Shown one piece after another: positions 9,879 to 22,900 of a stretch of DNA of 64,000 bases. The stretch comes from Geosiphon pyriformis uo1 (Eukaryota > Fungi > Glomeromycota), in NCBI GenBank assembly GCA_016748015.1, contig JAAOMT010000233.1, forward strand, positions 65,422-129,421. The letters run 5' to 3'. The translations under genes were made by a program, and so were the position numbers. Under the pieces are notes generated by a model that saw nothing but the letters and a program-made list of their open reading frames with translations, was not told the DNA's origin and searched no databases. Numbering within the stretch: position 1 is the first letter of the stretch; every line of letters begins with the position of its first letter.

Positions 9879-12120
9879 TTTTTTTTTATCAAGTTTAATA
9901 AGTATGGCTCAATCACTATCTAATACTTTAAAACAAACTAAGTATAGTTTATATACTTTTTATATATAATCAGCTACTCAAGCCAGTTTAGACTATGTTA
10001 AGTTGTTACAACAGAAGTAAACTTACTTAAAGCTAATATCTTTTAAACTACATTAAATAATTGAATACTACAAGGAATTAATTCAACTAGCTATTTAGTT
10101 GTTTTTAAAAGATTAGTTTTAACATTATTAGATTTATGTAACCAAAGAGATATTAAATTAGAAAATATATCATTATTAATATTAACTAAAAGATCTGAAT
10201 TACCAAACATATTAACATTATCTATACAGTACTTTTTTTTTAGTAAATCACTTTTTTTTCTAACTTATCAACAATTTTGTTAAAAAAACTCAGATAAATC
10301 ATAAGTTTATTAATTTTAAGATTAAAAATACTGCTTAAAACCAAATTATTATTAATAAACTGTTCAAATATAGTAACCAAAAAGCCAACAGACTTAACAA
10401 TTGATTCAACTAATACAGAAAGTTTGGTCAAATCAGATTCCAAATAAGACAATTAAAATAGTACCAAAAAGTTACTAACAATAGCAAAAGAAAAGACAGG
10501 AATTATTAAAAATAAAAACTCAGAAAAACTTAAAGAAATAAAAGCTTTGGCATAAAACTTAGAGTTTACAAAATGTAATGTAAATATCTTGAGAGCTTTG
10601 GAAAAAAAAGGTAAAAACATTTTACAATTTATAGCCAGATAGCTTATTTTTTGATATTTAAAACAGCATTAACAGTTAGAGGTTTTTATTAAATACAACA
10701 CTTTTTTAATGTACCAGTTTTGTTTATAGCAGTATTCAAATTCACTTAAGATCTAAATGTAATCAAAACAAATTGGAAATAATAACCAGAATCAGAAAAG
10801 TAAGAAATAAAACATGTTTGACTATTAACTTAAAAAATAATATTACTGATTTTAAAAACAATACAGTTAGAAAAAAAGTTAACTAACTTGGTCTTAAACT
10901 TATTATAAAACAGAATAATTTTATTTTAATTTACTAAAAAGAGAATTTTAATACTATTTTTATTTACTAAAACTGACCAATGATTTAAAATAGATATAAC
11001 AAAGTCCAGTTTATTAAAATGAACAATTACATATTGCCAAATACCAACAGATTTTAATATAACACAAACAATTTTACCAAAAACACCAAAAGCTGTCTTA
11101 ATATTAACAGCAGACATATTCAATAGCAGCAGAAAAAGAATCAGTCTCAGAAACCACCAAAAATTTGGCAATTTTAAAAGTGGTTAAATAAACAGAGCTT
11201 GTAAGCTTAACCAAAAAAACAGCTTTCAAAGACTTTTAAAAAGCAAATTATACAAAAAGTTTATATTGTCTTTTAATATTAACTTTAAATTCAAAAAACC
11301 ATGTACAGACTAGAAAACAGTTTTAACATAAGCCAATTTAATCTTAAAAATAACACCAAACACCAAAGTAAAAGCCATCTACTCAACAAACTTTTAACAA
11401 CTAGAAATAATTTTCTAAACACTACTAGTAATAGTACCAGAAACTAGCAAAGAAATAATTCAGTTTCTATTTGGTTAGTCTAGTTTTTAAAAACAAATAA
11501 TTCCATAAAAGATGATTGTTTTGCTTCTAAAACCAGTAATAATTTGCCAAAAGACATCATATTTGGTAACACAGCCAATGGTTAATTTTGGCCTATCTTA
11601 AATAATATGCCAAATAATACAACAGAGATTTTATCTAAGATTTTATTAAAAACTACAAAAAAATTTAATGTAATAATAGCAGAGATAAGTAATTGCCCTT
11701 ATTTTTTTAAATCTTTGGTCTTTTTAATCATATTTTTTAAAAAGATGATGCTAATAATACTAAATATAGAAGCTATAAAGAGAAAAATTAATTTGTTAAT
11801 TAGTCTGTTATTAAAAACTTTTAGGCTTTTAGATGAAATAAAAACAATACTAGAACTAATCCAAATGTGTCTTTTTAAGAAAACTTTGACTAATAAAAAA
11901 CCAGCCAAAGATAAAAAAAATGGTTTAGTAGCTATTAAAGACAGCTTTTTATACTTATTAAGTAAGAAAAAGACTTTTAAAACATTCTGCCTAGCTGTTT
12001 TTACAATAGAGAAAACTTCTCTAATTAAAATTTTATAAGATACCAAAAAAAAGATACTAGATACAGTTTTTTTATTTTTTGCTTTAATTATGATCATAAA
12101 ATTAAAAAGACAAAATTTTT
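9879..12120 (-). mobile_element. ORF1-only, probably non-autonomous non-LTR element carrying the LINE-family 3' tail
   Basis: Decayed ORF from ATG 12097 with an RRM-like segment (10926-11171) and a degenerate CCHC (CFKYQKISYLAINC, ~10620-10670). No APE/RT. 9894-10000 aligns to the LINE 3' UTRs and is followed by an A-tail. Confidence 0.72.
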
Positions 12121-12159
12121 TTTTATAAATTTATTTAATTATTATTATATATTTTATAT

Positions 12160-15100
12160 TTAATAAATGAAGTTCAAATACTGCCTAGTATAATACATCA
12201 TATAAATAATTTAAACTAGGTGTGAATTATGCTTTTCTATATGTAACCAGTCACTCAGGCCAATCAGAACAACACTATGCATCTACAAAAACTGAAACTG
12301 AATCATCAATGCCCAAAAAGAACAAACAAGACTTATACAAGCTGAAACCAACACCAAATGCTTTAGCAATACCAAGCAGCCTAACAACTTCAACAGAAAA
12401 CACTACAGACAGCCCAAAAACAAGGACAGAAATCAAACTATTATGTGAAATCAGCCCATTTTTTTCCATAAAAACCTGATGCTTAGCTTAAACCAACCAA
12501 ACTTTCTCCTTAAAAACAAGACAGAAGTTACATACAAAGCTTACAATCTTTATTTCTGTAACTTTAGAATCACTGAATACAGAAACAGTCTCTTAATATC
12601 AATTATTAAAAACAAAGTCCTTGCAAAGAGTCATACACACTGCAGCATCAGAAGCACAGAAAAACATTAATTGAAATACATATAAGAAAGAACAAAAAAG
12701 GCCAGAAAGTATTCTCTAAACATCTGCATAGGCATTCAACAAATAACAGCAAACAGAATTATTAATTACACAAAAAATGACATGGTCTGAAATCTCGATA
12801 TTATTACAATACAAACATGCTACATTGGAGTAGAACTTGTCATACAGATACTTTCAAACAGCAACAAACAGCTAATAGTACAAAATTTTCATAAAATAAA
12901 CATAAATACCAGCAATAAATCTACTTGTAAAACCAGTAGCCATGTGTAAATCAGAATGCCACACCAAAAACATATTAAGCCAGTTAATGGCTAAAAACAA
13001 ACAATCAGCCAAAACCTTAAAACCAAAACCAACCTCCCAATGCACATAATAAACAGACTAAAAAATTTTATAAACAAAATGTCTAGAATTATCAGGAACA
13101 ATATCACTATTAGTTATAATATAATATTTCTTCAATCAGGAAAGGGAGAGAAAAAAGTACCAATTAGAGAAAGATGCAATATTGGCAAGCATGTCAGTAC
13201 AATCATTATTCAAAACACCTGAGTAACTTTTCACCTTGTGCCAGTTAACATTCAGATTTTTATTACAAATAACATTCATAATGTGCTAATACTCAACTCA
13301 ATACCAATTCTAAAAGTCAAAGTACACTAAACCCAACTCTAATTTACATATATCCAAAGCCATTTGACTATTTGTAAACAAATAAACTAAGCCATAAAAG
13401 AAGACACACTCAAGAGCCAATGCAATAGTCTGTAATTCTGCCAAAGTAAAAAACATCAAACCAGAAACTCCAACACCCAAACCCAAATTCAAGTTCTTAA
13501 AAAAACCATGGCTTCAGCTCTTAGGTCAGTTGATTTCAAACTTTTTAAAAACTCATTCATATAGACATTTAGGCTACCAATACCAATATCTGACAAATGC
13601 TCATAAATCAACTTAAGTTCATGTGACTTGAAAATATTTGAAGGCTCAATGTTACTTAAAAAAGAAAAACAGATAGAAAAAAAAATGCCACCAAGAAAAT
13701 TGATAAAAAACTTACACCATTTAGAAATAAGACCACAGAGATCTATTTTCTTCCATTACTTAAAGGTTTTTCAATCAAAAATATTACCATTCTAACAACA
13801 AAGTTGGTTCACATAAGCAATATCATATTGTCAAAGTAAAGAAAAAAACTTAAAAAATTTAAATCTGCCAAGAACAGTTAACATGAGAGTTTTATTCCCA
13901 AACTAAAAAAAATTGTTTATAGAACCATCTAAAAATAGATTAAACTTAAGAAAAATACAAACCACACTTACCAAAAAATTATTAGAAGAGCTGATCTTAA
14001 TACAAGCCAGAAAGTACAAAGGATAGATCAGACTCCAACACAGAACTTGTAAATTATGAGATTTGTGAGAAAAAAAATGACCCAAAATCCCAACAGAGTT
14101 TGCAAAATTCACAAGAGAAGCCAACTTGCTCTCAGCCTAAACCTGCTTAAAAGTTCTCAAACTGTACAAAAAAAGATGATGGAGTACATTATTAAGAAAA
14201 TCAAAAAGCAAACCCGATTTCAACTTTAATCTTCTACAAATCAAAGCATCTCACTTATTACATATATTAACAGAAATAAAACTGAATTGTGTCCAATAGC
14301 TAATAATAGGATAAAAAACTACTAATACCAAATATAAAAACTGTTTATCCAAGATGATCTTTCTCAAAACAACATTAACAAAAAACTGAACATCAGAATA
14401 CACCTTAGCCAAGCTATATTTCAACAAACTCTTAGTAAATAGGAAAATACTTAGTTAGTAATAAAACTCTCCCTTTTTGGCAACAAAAATAGATAAATTA
14501 CTGATTGACAAAGAAGAGCTCTTAATTTTGCAATTGATAGGAATGACCACTGTCTTTTTATTATTAATAAAGATAATATTGATCTAAAAAAACTCACTAA
14601 CAACATTAAGGATATGTTGGGTAGCAGTATAACTACTTTCAATTCAGATTGTATTATTAACAAAAGCACTAGCAGTAAAAAAAGATGTCAAATCAGTCTA
14701 AAACTTTGTGTGATTAGTTCTGGCAACAAAATAAGAATTCAACCTATATCTATACATACTTTCCTGTCTTTTAACTTTACATAAAAGAGAATCATAAAAT
14801 ATACATCATAGAAAAGATGAAAACACTTCTCTTTGATCCAAATTATCATGCACCTAATATTTATTAATTAGCTCAAAATCAGTTATAATCCTGTTAACAT
14901 AATCATTGTGAATACTACCAAAAAATTTAATGAATTTGCTACACATTTTTATTCTAATCAAGTTCTTTTTAAGATGCTTCCATCCAACAGAATTGTATGT
15001 TTTTCATATATTCTGTAAAACCAGCCAGAGTTCACAGTTCTTGTCCAGAGTATTCTTAATCACTAAACCAATAATAAAAACAGAAAATTGTGTTATTATG

Positions 15101-18100
15101 CCCTTCAAAACTGAAAAATTGTCCCCATAAAAAACATTGTTACTTATAAAATATAAAAATTATATTAGTATACAAATTAGCCAATTAGAATAAGATGCAG
15201 TAAAAAGTAGAATTCCAGAATTCTTTTTAGAGAAATCACAGAATTTCAGAATTACAGAATTCTAGTATAAAAAATTACAGGATTTCAAAATTGCAGAATT
15301 CCTCTTAAAGAATTCCAGAATTCCAGGAATTCCAGAATTTTTGGTTAGAAAATTAAGGAATTCAAGAAATCTTGTATAATAAAAATTATGTATATATAGC
15401 AATAGTATTAGAAGTAAAAAGAAATTGGAAGTTAAAAATCTTCAGAGTAAAATCTCCAGTTTCAATTTCTCATCTATTTCTTTATACAATAGTATTTTAT
15501 AACTTGAAAAAAAAACATCAAATATCAATAAAATATTTATTATTATCATAATCTATCTTTTCACTATCAACAATTGATGTTGATAGTTGTTAATACCTAA
15601 TTATACTGGACCAATAGTTCTTAATCATGACTATTAATGGAATACTAACTTTCTTTGTCTTGGCTTATTTCTTTTTATGTTTTGATTTTATTTTTTTTTA
15701 TTTTGTTGTTGTTGTATATTAATTGATTAAAGATTAAGCACAAGAATTGTCTGGTAAAAAACCTTTGCAAGAGAGTAGACACTTAAAATTAAAGATTACT
15801 TACTAGAGAATTGCTGACTACCAAGCCAAAAAAAAAATTGATGAAATTGCGATTTCAGAAGGCTACTAAAACAACTATTAAATCTTTGTTTATTATACAA
15901 AGAACTTAACCAAAATTTTTAGATACAAAAACCTTCAAATATTACCAACCAGTAAATCAATTAAGCACCAAGTTATGAATTTGTTATTTATTTCACCCAC
16001 CCAAATAATTACTTGTAACAATATTAAAAGTACTACAAGCTAAAAAAATCCTGTTAAAGAGAATCTTAGAAAGAATTTTATAAATAGTTTCAATCAAAGC
16101 AATAAAACAAGTATTCATGAAAATGCCCTTCCACTTATATGGTTTAAGGATTATTGAGACTCAAGCTTTCTTTTAAGAACTGAACACTAATTTACAAAAC
16201 ACACAAGAATTTACAAACACCAAAAGCAAATCTAAAACTGATTTGTTACAATGTTTTCAAAGCTTATTTGAAATACCAAAAAGACCAGTAGCTTTGCCAT
16301 TAGACAAATTGAAAATTACACTAAACAATTTATTAAAACTAATAAAACACATAACATTCAAAAATGCACTTCAATAGTTAATATTGATAACACCAGTCAT
16401 CAGAGAAATCAGTAACCACTTTATATTTCCTAGTTTAGTCCTCCATAATTACATCCACTTTGTTTTTAACCAGATCAGATTTCAAAATTAGTTTGTTATT
16501 AATGACTAAATAGTTTAGTACTATCTTGCAAAAAGAACACTTCAATACACTTCTGATAGTATAATCTTTGTTTATCTTAAAACTCTTCATTTTTTTATCA
16601 ATTGCTGATCTGACCCAAAATTCTTCAACAAGCTTCAATTTCAACATTTTAGAAAAATGATATAATTTTTTTACTTTAGAAAGAACAGATTTTACACAAT
16701 CAAAATTCATACCAGAATCCAAAAAAACCTGAATACTTAAATCTTTATCAATGTTCAAAAACACTCATCAATTCATTAAAGAAACAAACTCACCACCAAA
16801 ATCTTCATGTAAGAATTTAACAATCTTAAATATCAAAATTTCCAACTTATAAAACCTAAAAAACTCTTTAATGAAGACACTATCAAAGGTCTTGAACCAT
16901 TTTTTTCTAAATATCTTTTCTGCCAAAAAAAATACCACCTTGCAAATAGTATTCCACATAGTATTTAAATCTGAGAATCTCTTGGATGTAATAAACTTAT
17001 TAAAAAACATTACAGCATTAACTGTTCTAGCCTTTTTGAACTTGTACTAATTTGTTTCATCAGCATTTACAATGTTAAACTTCTAACAATCTCTATTTGT
17101 CTGTTTGTACAAAAGTTCAATCACACATCCAACAAACCACTCAAACCCACTAACATAGAAACAGTTTGGTAATCAGTATTAAAATGCTTACTAACATTCA
17201 AGATATTACAACTTATTATTGCATTAACCAAATTTGATGAAAAAAACACATAATCAATTGTTTTTTTAATATCTCTAGAATTTTTCCATGTAAAACTTTT
17301 GGCAATCAAGCTTTCAGACAATGAATTAACCAATTTTAAGTTAAAACACTTTTTAAAACTAGTACATCTACAGAAACCATTCTCATTAAAATCTCTATTC
17401 AAAACTATAAACAAAAACTTATTTACAGTCCTTGCAATTATTGAATTGATCTTTCTGGCCTGAGCCAAGTGTGTAGCCAGAGTAGTACCAGCATACAGTT
17501 TCAAAATAGACACAGAAAGCTTATTCTTAAAGAACAGCTTAATAGACAAAAGTCTGCCAACAACTTTAGAAATCTTATATACATGCTGTGTCAATGTAAT
17601 ATTTATGATAATAATAACACCAGAACTCAAATAACCAGAGTCTAAACCAGAAATAAAAACCCAGATATTATCAAATTTTTTAACAATCCACAAACAAATA
17701 TTCCTCTTCAACTTTGTTTTTATAATAATCAAAACCATATTCTTTGATTTTTTATTTCAATAAACAACATTTTTCTGTTTGGCAAGGACATTGATATTCT
17801 AAATATTGTATATAGCAAATTTTTACACCAGATTTATTATTGAAAAAAGAAATCTTTTGCACCTAAACTAGCATTGTCTATTTTGGCTATCAAACCTATA
17901 ACTGTGTTTAACAAATTGTTCAAAGTCTCTTTTAATTTTATAACAATTAAAGAATTAGAACTCACTATTTCTGCAACAGTCCCAACACAAGTAACCACAC
18001 CTGAACTCTCACTTATTATTATATCTACTCCTTGATTTTGTGATAAAGGGGTTACCAACAGCTAATGTCCAAAACTAGGCTGGAGAACTATTGGCTCAAG

Positions 18101-19750
18101 TGTGTTCAACTTTTTAGCCAGCTTACTAACTTGCTTTATGAGACTGTCAAAACTGTGCTCAAGAGTGGCAAACTTATTATTCAAATCCACACATATCAAC
18201 AGGGTAGGTTTCATTTCTAAAGAGAAACCAGAACCAATCAAATTATTTTATTCATAAAAAAAAAGAAAGAATAACCCACCAACAATCTTGGTCTAAGAGA
18301 CACTACTAAAAAAAACAGAATAAGTGATTGGTGCAAAACATTTAGCATAAATAAATACCAGTCTGTTTTTATCTTTATTTGATAACACTCTATAAGATGG
18401 CTTATTAGAAGAATATTTTTTACTTACAGAGCAGCTTAATAATATATAACCTAATTTCTTGTACTTAGCACACTTGGCTAAACCTAAATGAAACCAACAC
18501 AAATTGATGCTTTTTAACACTAGTGTGGTTTCCAAAATAATATTCAACAACTTAGCAGAGTTAGAACAAACAGTTATACATCTGACTTGGATATATGAAA
18601 CTAAATAACAATTAATAACACATGTTTTCTCACCAACAGAACCAATAAAGTTCTAAATGTCATGAACATTTGTTCTTATAAGCAAAGTATATAGCAACAC
18701 CCTATAAAAATCTTTCACATTTTATGATTTTTTGTCCAAATTTGCCTTAGTAACATGTACAGTATTCTTCTCAATCAGAATGGACTATTTAGCTACAACT
18801 AAATTAGCATGATTTAATTGCTCAAATTCTACTACAGTCTTTTGCCAAAGTCCTATTAATTGCATATTAATTGACTTAATTTGTCCAAACTCATATAGTG
18901 CAGTGTGCACAGGCTCAGCCAATATTCCAATTGGAATTTTCTTTACTATTACAATCTGATCTGAACACTCAGCAGATTTTTTAAGATTAGTGTTTATAGA
19001 TATATTCTCAGTCTTAGCCAAATTAGTTATTTGTGCCAAGCTAGATTTGGAAGTAAATATAGCTTTAATAATCTCAACAAATTTTAAGGAAGTAGGAACC
19101 CTCTTCCAAAATCATTGATTTTTGAAAACATTTTTCTGATTACTACAAGCTTTTCTTGAGAGAATTTGCCAGCCATTTTATCTAAACTAATATCTAAAAT
19201 AAATAATTTTTTAACAAAAATTTCAACCAAACTCTTCAAAAAAAGAGGGAGAGACAATAGAACATCAAGCAAAATATCATCATTACTTCTATTACTCAAA
19301 AAATTAATTTTTCTTAATGGTTTCTTCAATGCTTTCTTGGTTTTAATTCATAAACTCTTTGATATCTGGTCAGCATTTTTACTATTAAAAACAGTCTTAC
19401 TACCATAGTTAAAACTGGTTTTTTCAATTAAACATTTCTTTTTTATGTTAATACTATCTGATTCAATAGTATTACTAGCTTTTAAGTCCCAAGAGTAACC
19501 AATAGGCCCTTTAGAAGAAACTTTTTTATCTTTAATATTGTTTTTCAAAACTTTATCTCACTTTTTCTTTTTTGAAAGCACAGATTTGGCATTCATAATA
19601 TGACCAGATTTCTTAGCAGACTTTTTTAAGACAGCAATACTAAAGCCAATAATGACTTTATAATCAAGCAAAAATGGTTTTAATTTATTATACTGAATAA
19701 TTAAAAACTTTTTGACTCTTTTTGGGAATTTGGGACAAAGAAAAAAAAGA
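12160..19750 (-). mobile_element. LINE-A, heavily decayed full-length LINE containing a solo LTR
   Basis: ORF1 pieces ~17837-19670; APE (RDFNE, TIDYV); RT; RNase H (AELQTIALALE); family 3' UTR; 5' motif TCCCAAATTCCCAAAA. Confidence 0.9.
15138..16020 (+). mobile_element. Solo LTR related to the gypsy-2 LTR
   Basis: TGTTAC...GTAACA termini and a 4-bp TSD-like ACAT/ATAT. LINE-A RT sequence resumes on both sides. Shares blocks with 63194-64000 and 54961-55057. Confidence 0.88.
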
Positions 19751-19916
19751 AGTTTTTATTAAGTTTTATTTATTTAAATAATATAAAATTTTAAATATAT
19801 ATATATAAATAATTAATAAAAAATGGATTTTTTTAAAAAAAGATATAAATAAAAAAATTATTATATTATTTTTATTAATTGTATAAGTAATAATTATTGT
19901 ATATTATATTTAACTT

Positions 19917-22900
19917 TTAATAAGTAAGATCCAAAAACCACTTAGTGCAATACATCAAACTAAGTGATCTAAACAAAGCACTAATTATGTACTTTTTACA
20001 CATAACTAGCCACTCAGACCAATCAGAACAATACTACAAATCTATTAAAACAGAAATCATATCATTTATACCAGAAAAAAAGCAGCAATATTTATAAAAA
20101 CCAAAGCAGACACCAACTGCCTCAGCAATCCCAAGCAATCTAATCACTCCAGCAGAAAACATACATGACAAACCATGAGTTACAGAATACATAGAACCAT
20201 CAAGTGGAATTAAACTGCCTTTTTTCATCAAAGCCTTATATTTAGCTCTAACCAACCAAATATTCATGCAGTGAGCAGCACCCAATTCTCGAACAAAATC
20301 AACAATAAACCTTTCCATAATCTTGGCATCACCCAAAATAGATGAAGCTTTCTGAACCCAATCTCTGAACACAAAGCCTTTGCCTACAATGATATACAAC
20401 ACATCATCAAATGTGCACAGAAAAAGCATCTGTGAAACATGAGATAAATGTAAGTCCAATTCAGAAATACAATGCCACTTGACCAGATGAGACTTGAGAA
20501 TGCTTTTACAAGTATTAGAGTCAAATATACAAACAAAGGAGTGGTCAAAACTTTTTACTTTATCACAGTGCAGATATGAGACACTCGGGTAAATCTTACT
20601 ATATAAACTCTTTCATACAGCAACTGGGAGACAGTGGTGGAGGGCCTTTAAAAAATAAGATTGTAAACTAACCATAGATTTACTGGTAAAGCCAGTCACC
20701 ATATGGAAGTCAGAGTGTCACACTAAAGCAGTATGAAACCAGTCCACATTACCAAGTAAACTATTATCAATAACATTGAAACCAGAACCAATCTCCCAAC
20801 AAGCACGATTAACAGACCTGAAAATCTCATGAGCAAAATAACAAATGTTCCCAGACACTGCCACCTCACCAGTCTTGATAAATCTCTTCTTAACCAAAAC
20901 AGGCAATGCCAAAGAAGAGTTTACAGCCAGACTGGTTAACTTATCAGCACACTTATTACCTATAAAATCTAAATGTCTTTTTACCTTATGCCAAGAAACA
21001 TCAAATTGCTTTCCCCTAATTAAATTGATAATGCCATGTCACTCCATCCAGCAGTGGTTGTGGAAATCCAGAGACACCAGAGCAGATTTAGCCACACATG
21101 CATCCAAGGCAACCTGACTGTCTGAATAAACCACCACTGAACTATTAGAAAGAACACACTCCAAAGCCAAAACAATTGCCTGCAGTTCCACCATAGTCAA
21201 AAATACCAATTCACCAACCTTAGCACCAATATTCAGATCCAGATCTGAGAAGTAAGCAGCAGCACCACACTTCATTTTACATGAACCTAAATTCCTTAAC
21301 AATCCATCAGTGTAAACACTTACAACTCTCATATTCACAAAAAAAAAACACTGGCCCAATCTGGAGACCACACCCAAGCTGCAAACATTCATAGCCCACG
21401 AACCTTCAACATGCAAATTATCATAAATAGAAGATTAATCCAAAAAGTCACAAACCAAAGTAAACCAATGAGAGACAGGGCCTCTCAAATCAAATTTTTT
21501 CCAATGATGAAAGGTTTTTCAATTGAAAATCAAACTTTTTTTGGTATATAACTGCTCAGCAAAAGTGACCCCAAACTTTTTGAGAGAAAAAGAAACATTA
21601 TAAAACAAAAAAGCTCCTAGGACTGTAGATATTAGTGTCCCACCAAGAAAGTGGAATGCAGAAACAGAGAGATTGTCAAGAGACATGTCATAGTACAAAA
21701 AAATCCTAATAACACCTGCCAAAAAATTATTGACTGGACTAATACACAACTTAATCAGATAACATAGAGGGTAAATAGGTAACCAACCCAAAACCTGAAG
21801 ATTTAGAAACCTATGATTGAACAAACAACCAAGAACACCACTAGTATTTGAGAAACACAACACAGAAGCCACCTTGTACTCAGTCTGCAGCTGTTCAAAA
21901 GACTTCAAATCATATAAAGAAGAATAATAAAAAGCCTCATTAGAAAAGTTTTTCAGAAGACCAGTCTTAAGTCTCAACCTCCTCCTAATCAATGTATCCC
22001 ACTTCATACACATATTCCTAAAAATGAAGCTGAACTGAGTCCTATAACTGACAATAGGTTGTAAAACAGCTGACACTAAATAAAGAAATTGCTTGTCTGA
22101 AATAGCTTTCTTAAGAACCAAATTGACAAAAAACCTGATATCCATATGCACCTTAGCCAAACTGGGTTTGGACAAACCTTCAGATAACAAATAAATGCCA
22201 AGGTACCAATAAGACTCCTTCCTGCGAGCAATTGAAATTAGCAGATCACTAATTGACAATGATGTATTACTAACCCTTTGATTGATAGAAATGGCTACAG
22301 TTTTTTCATTATTGATAGAAATATTATTTACTCTGAAAAATTCACTCACTGTGTCCAAGATATACTGAGTGGCAGCCTGACTGCTACTCACCCAAATAGT
22401 ATCATCCACAAATGCACTAGCAGCCAGAAACAAAGTCAAACTGCCTTGGTCTTCTATCCTACTTGTCCTAACTACAAATTTAGTATTAATTCAATATCCA
22501 CATAAACTCTCCTGTTTCTTGATCTCACATAAAAGGGGATCGTAAAAGATTCTCCACAGCAAAGAAGAGAAAACCTTACTCTGATTAAGACTATTATGTA
22601 TCCAGTACTCATTAGTTAGACTGAAATCAGTCATAACCCAATTAATATGGTCATTGTGAATAGAACCAAAAAATCTAATAAAACACCCACACATTTTGAT
22701 CTGAACCAAACTATTATGCAAGTAATACCAACTCACAGAGTCATAGGCTTTACATATATCTTGTAACACAAGCCAAAGTTCATAATTCTTTTCCAAAGCA
22801 TCTTCAACAACTGAACCAAAAATAGGAGACTGAGTAGTAATGCTCTTAAGTACAAAAAAATTGTCACCATGAAGTATGTTAAATAGACCATATGCTGATG

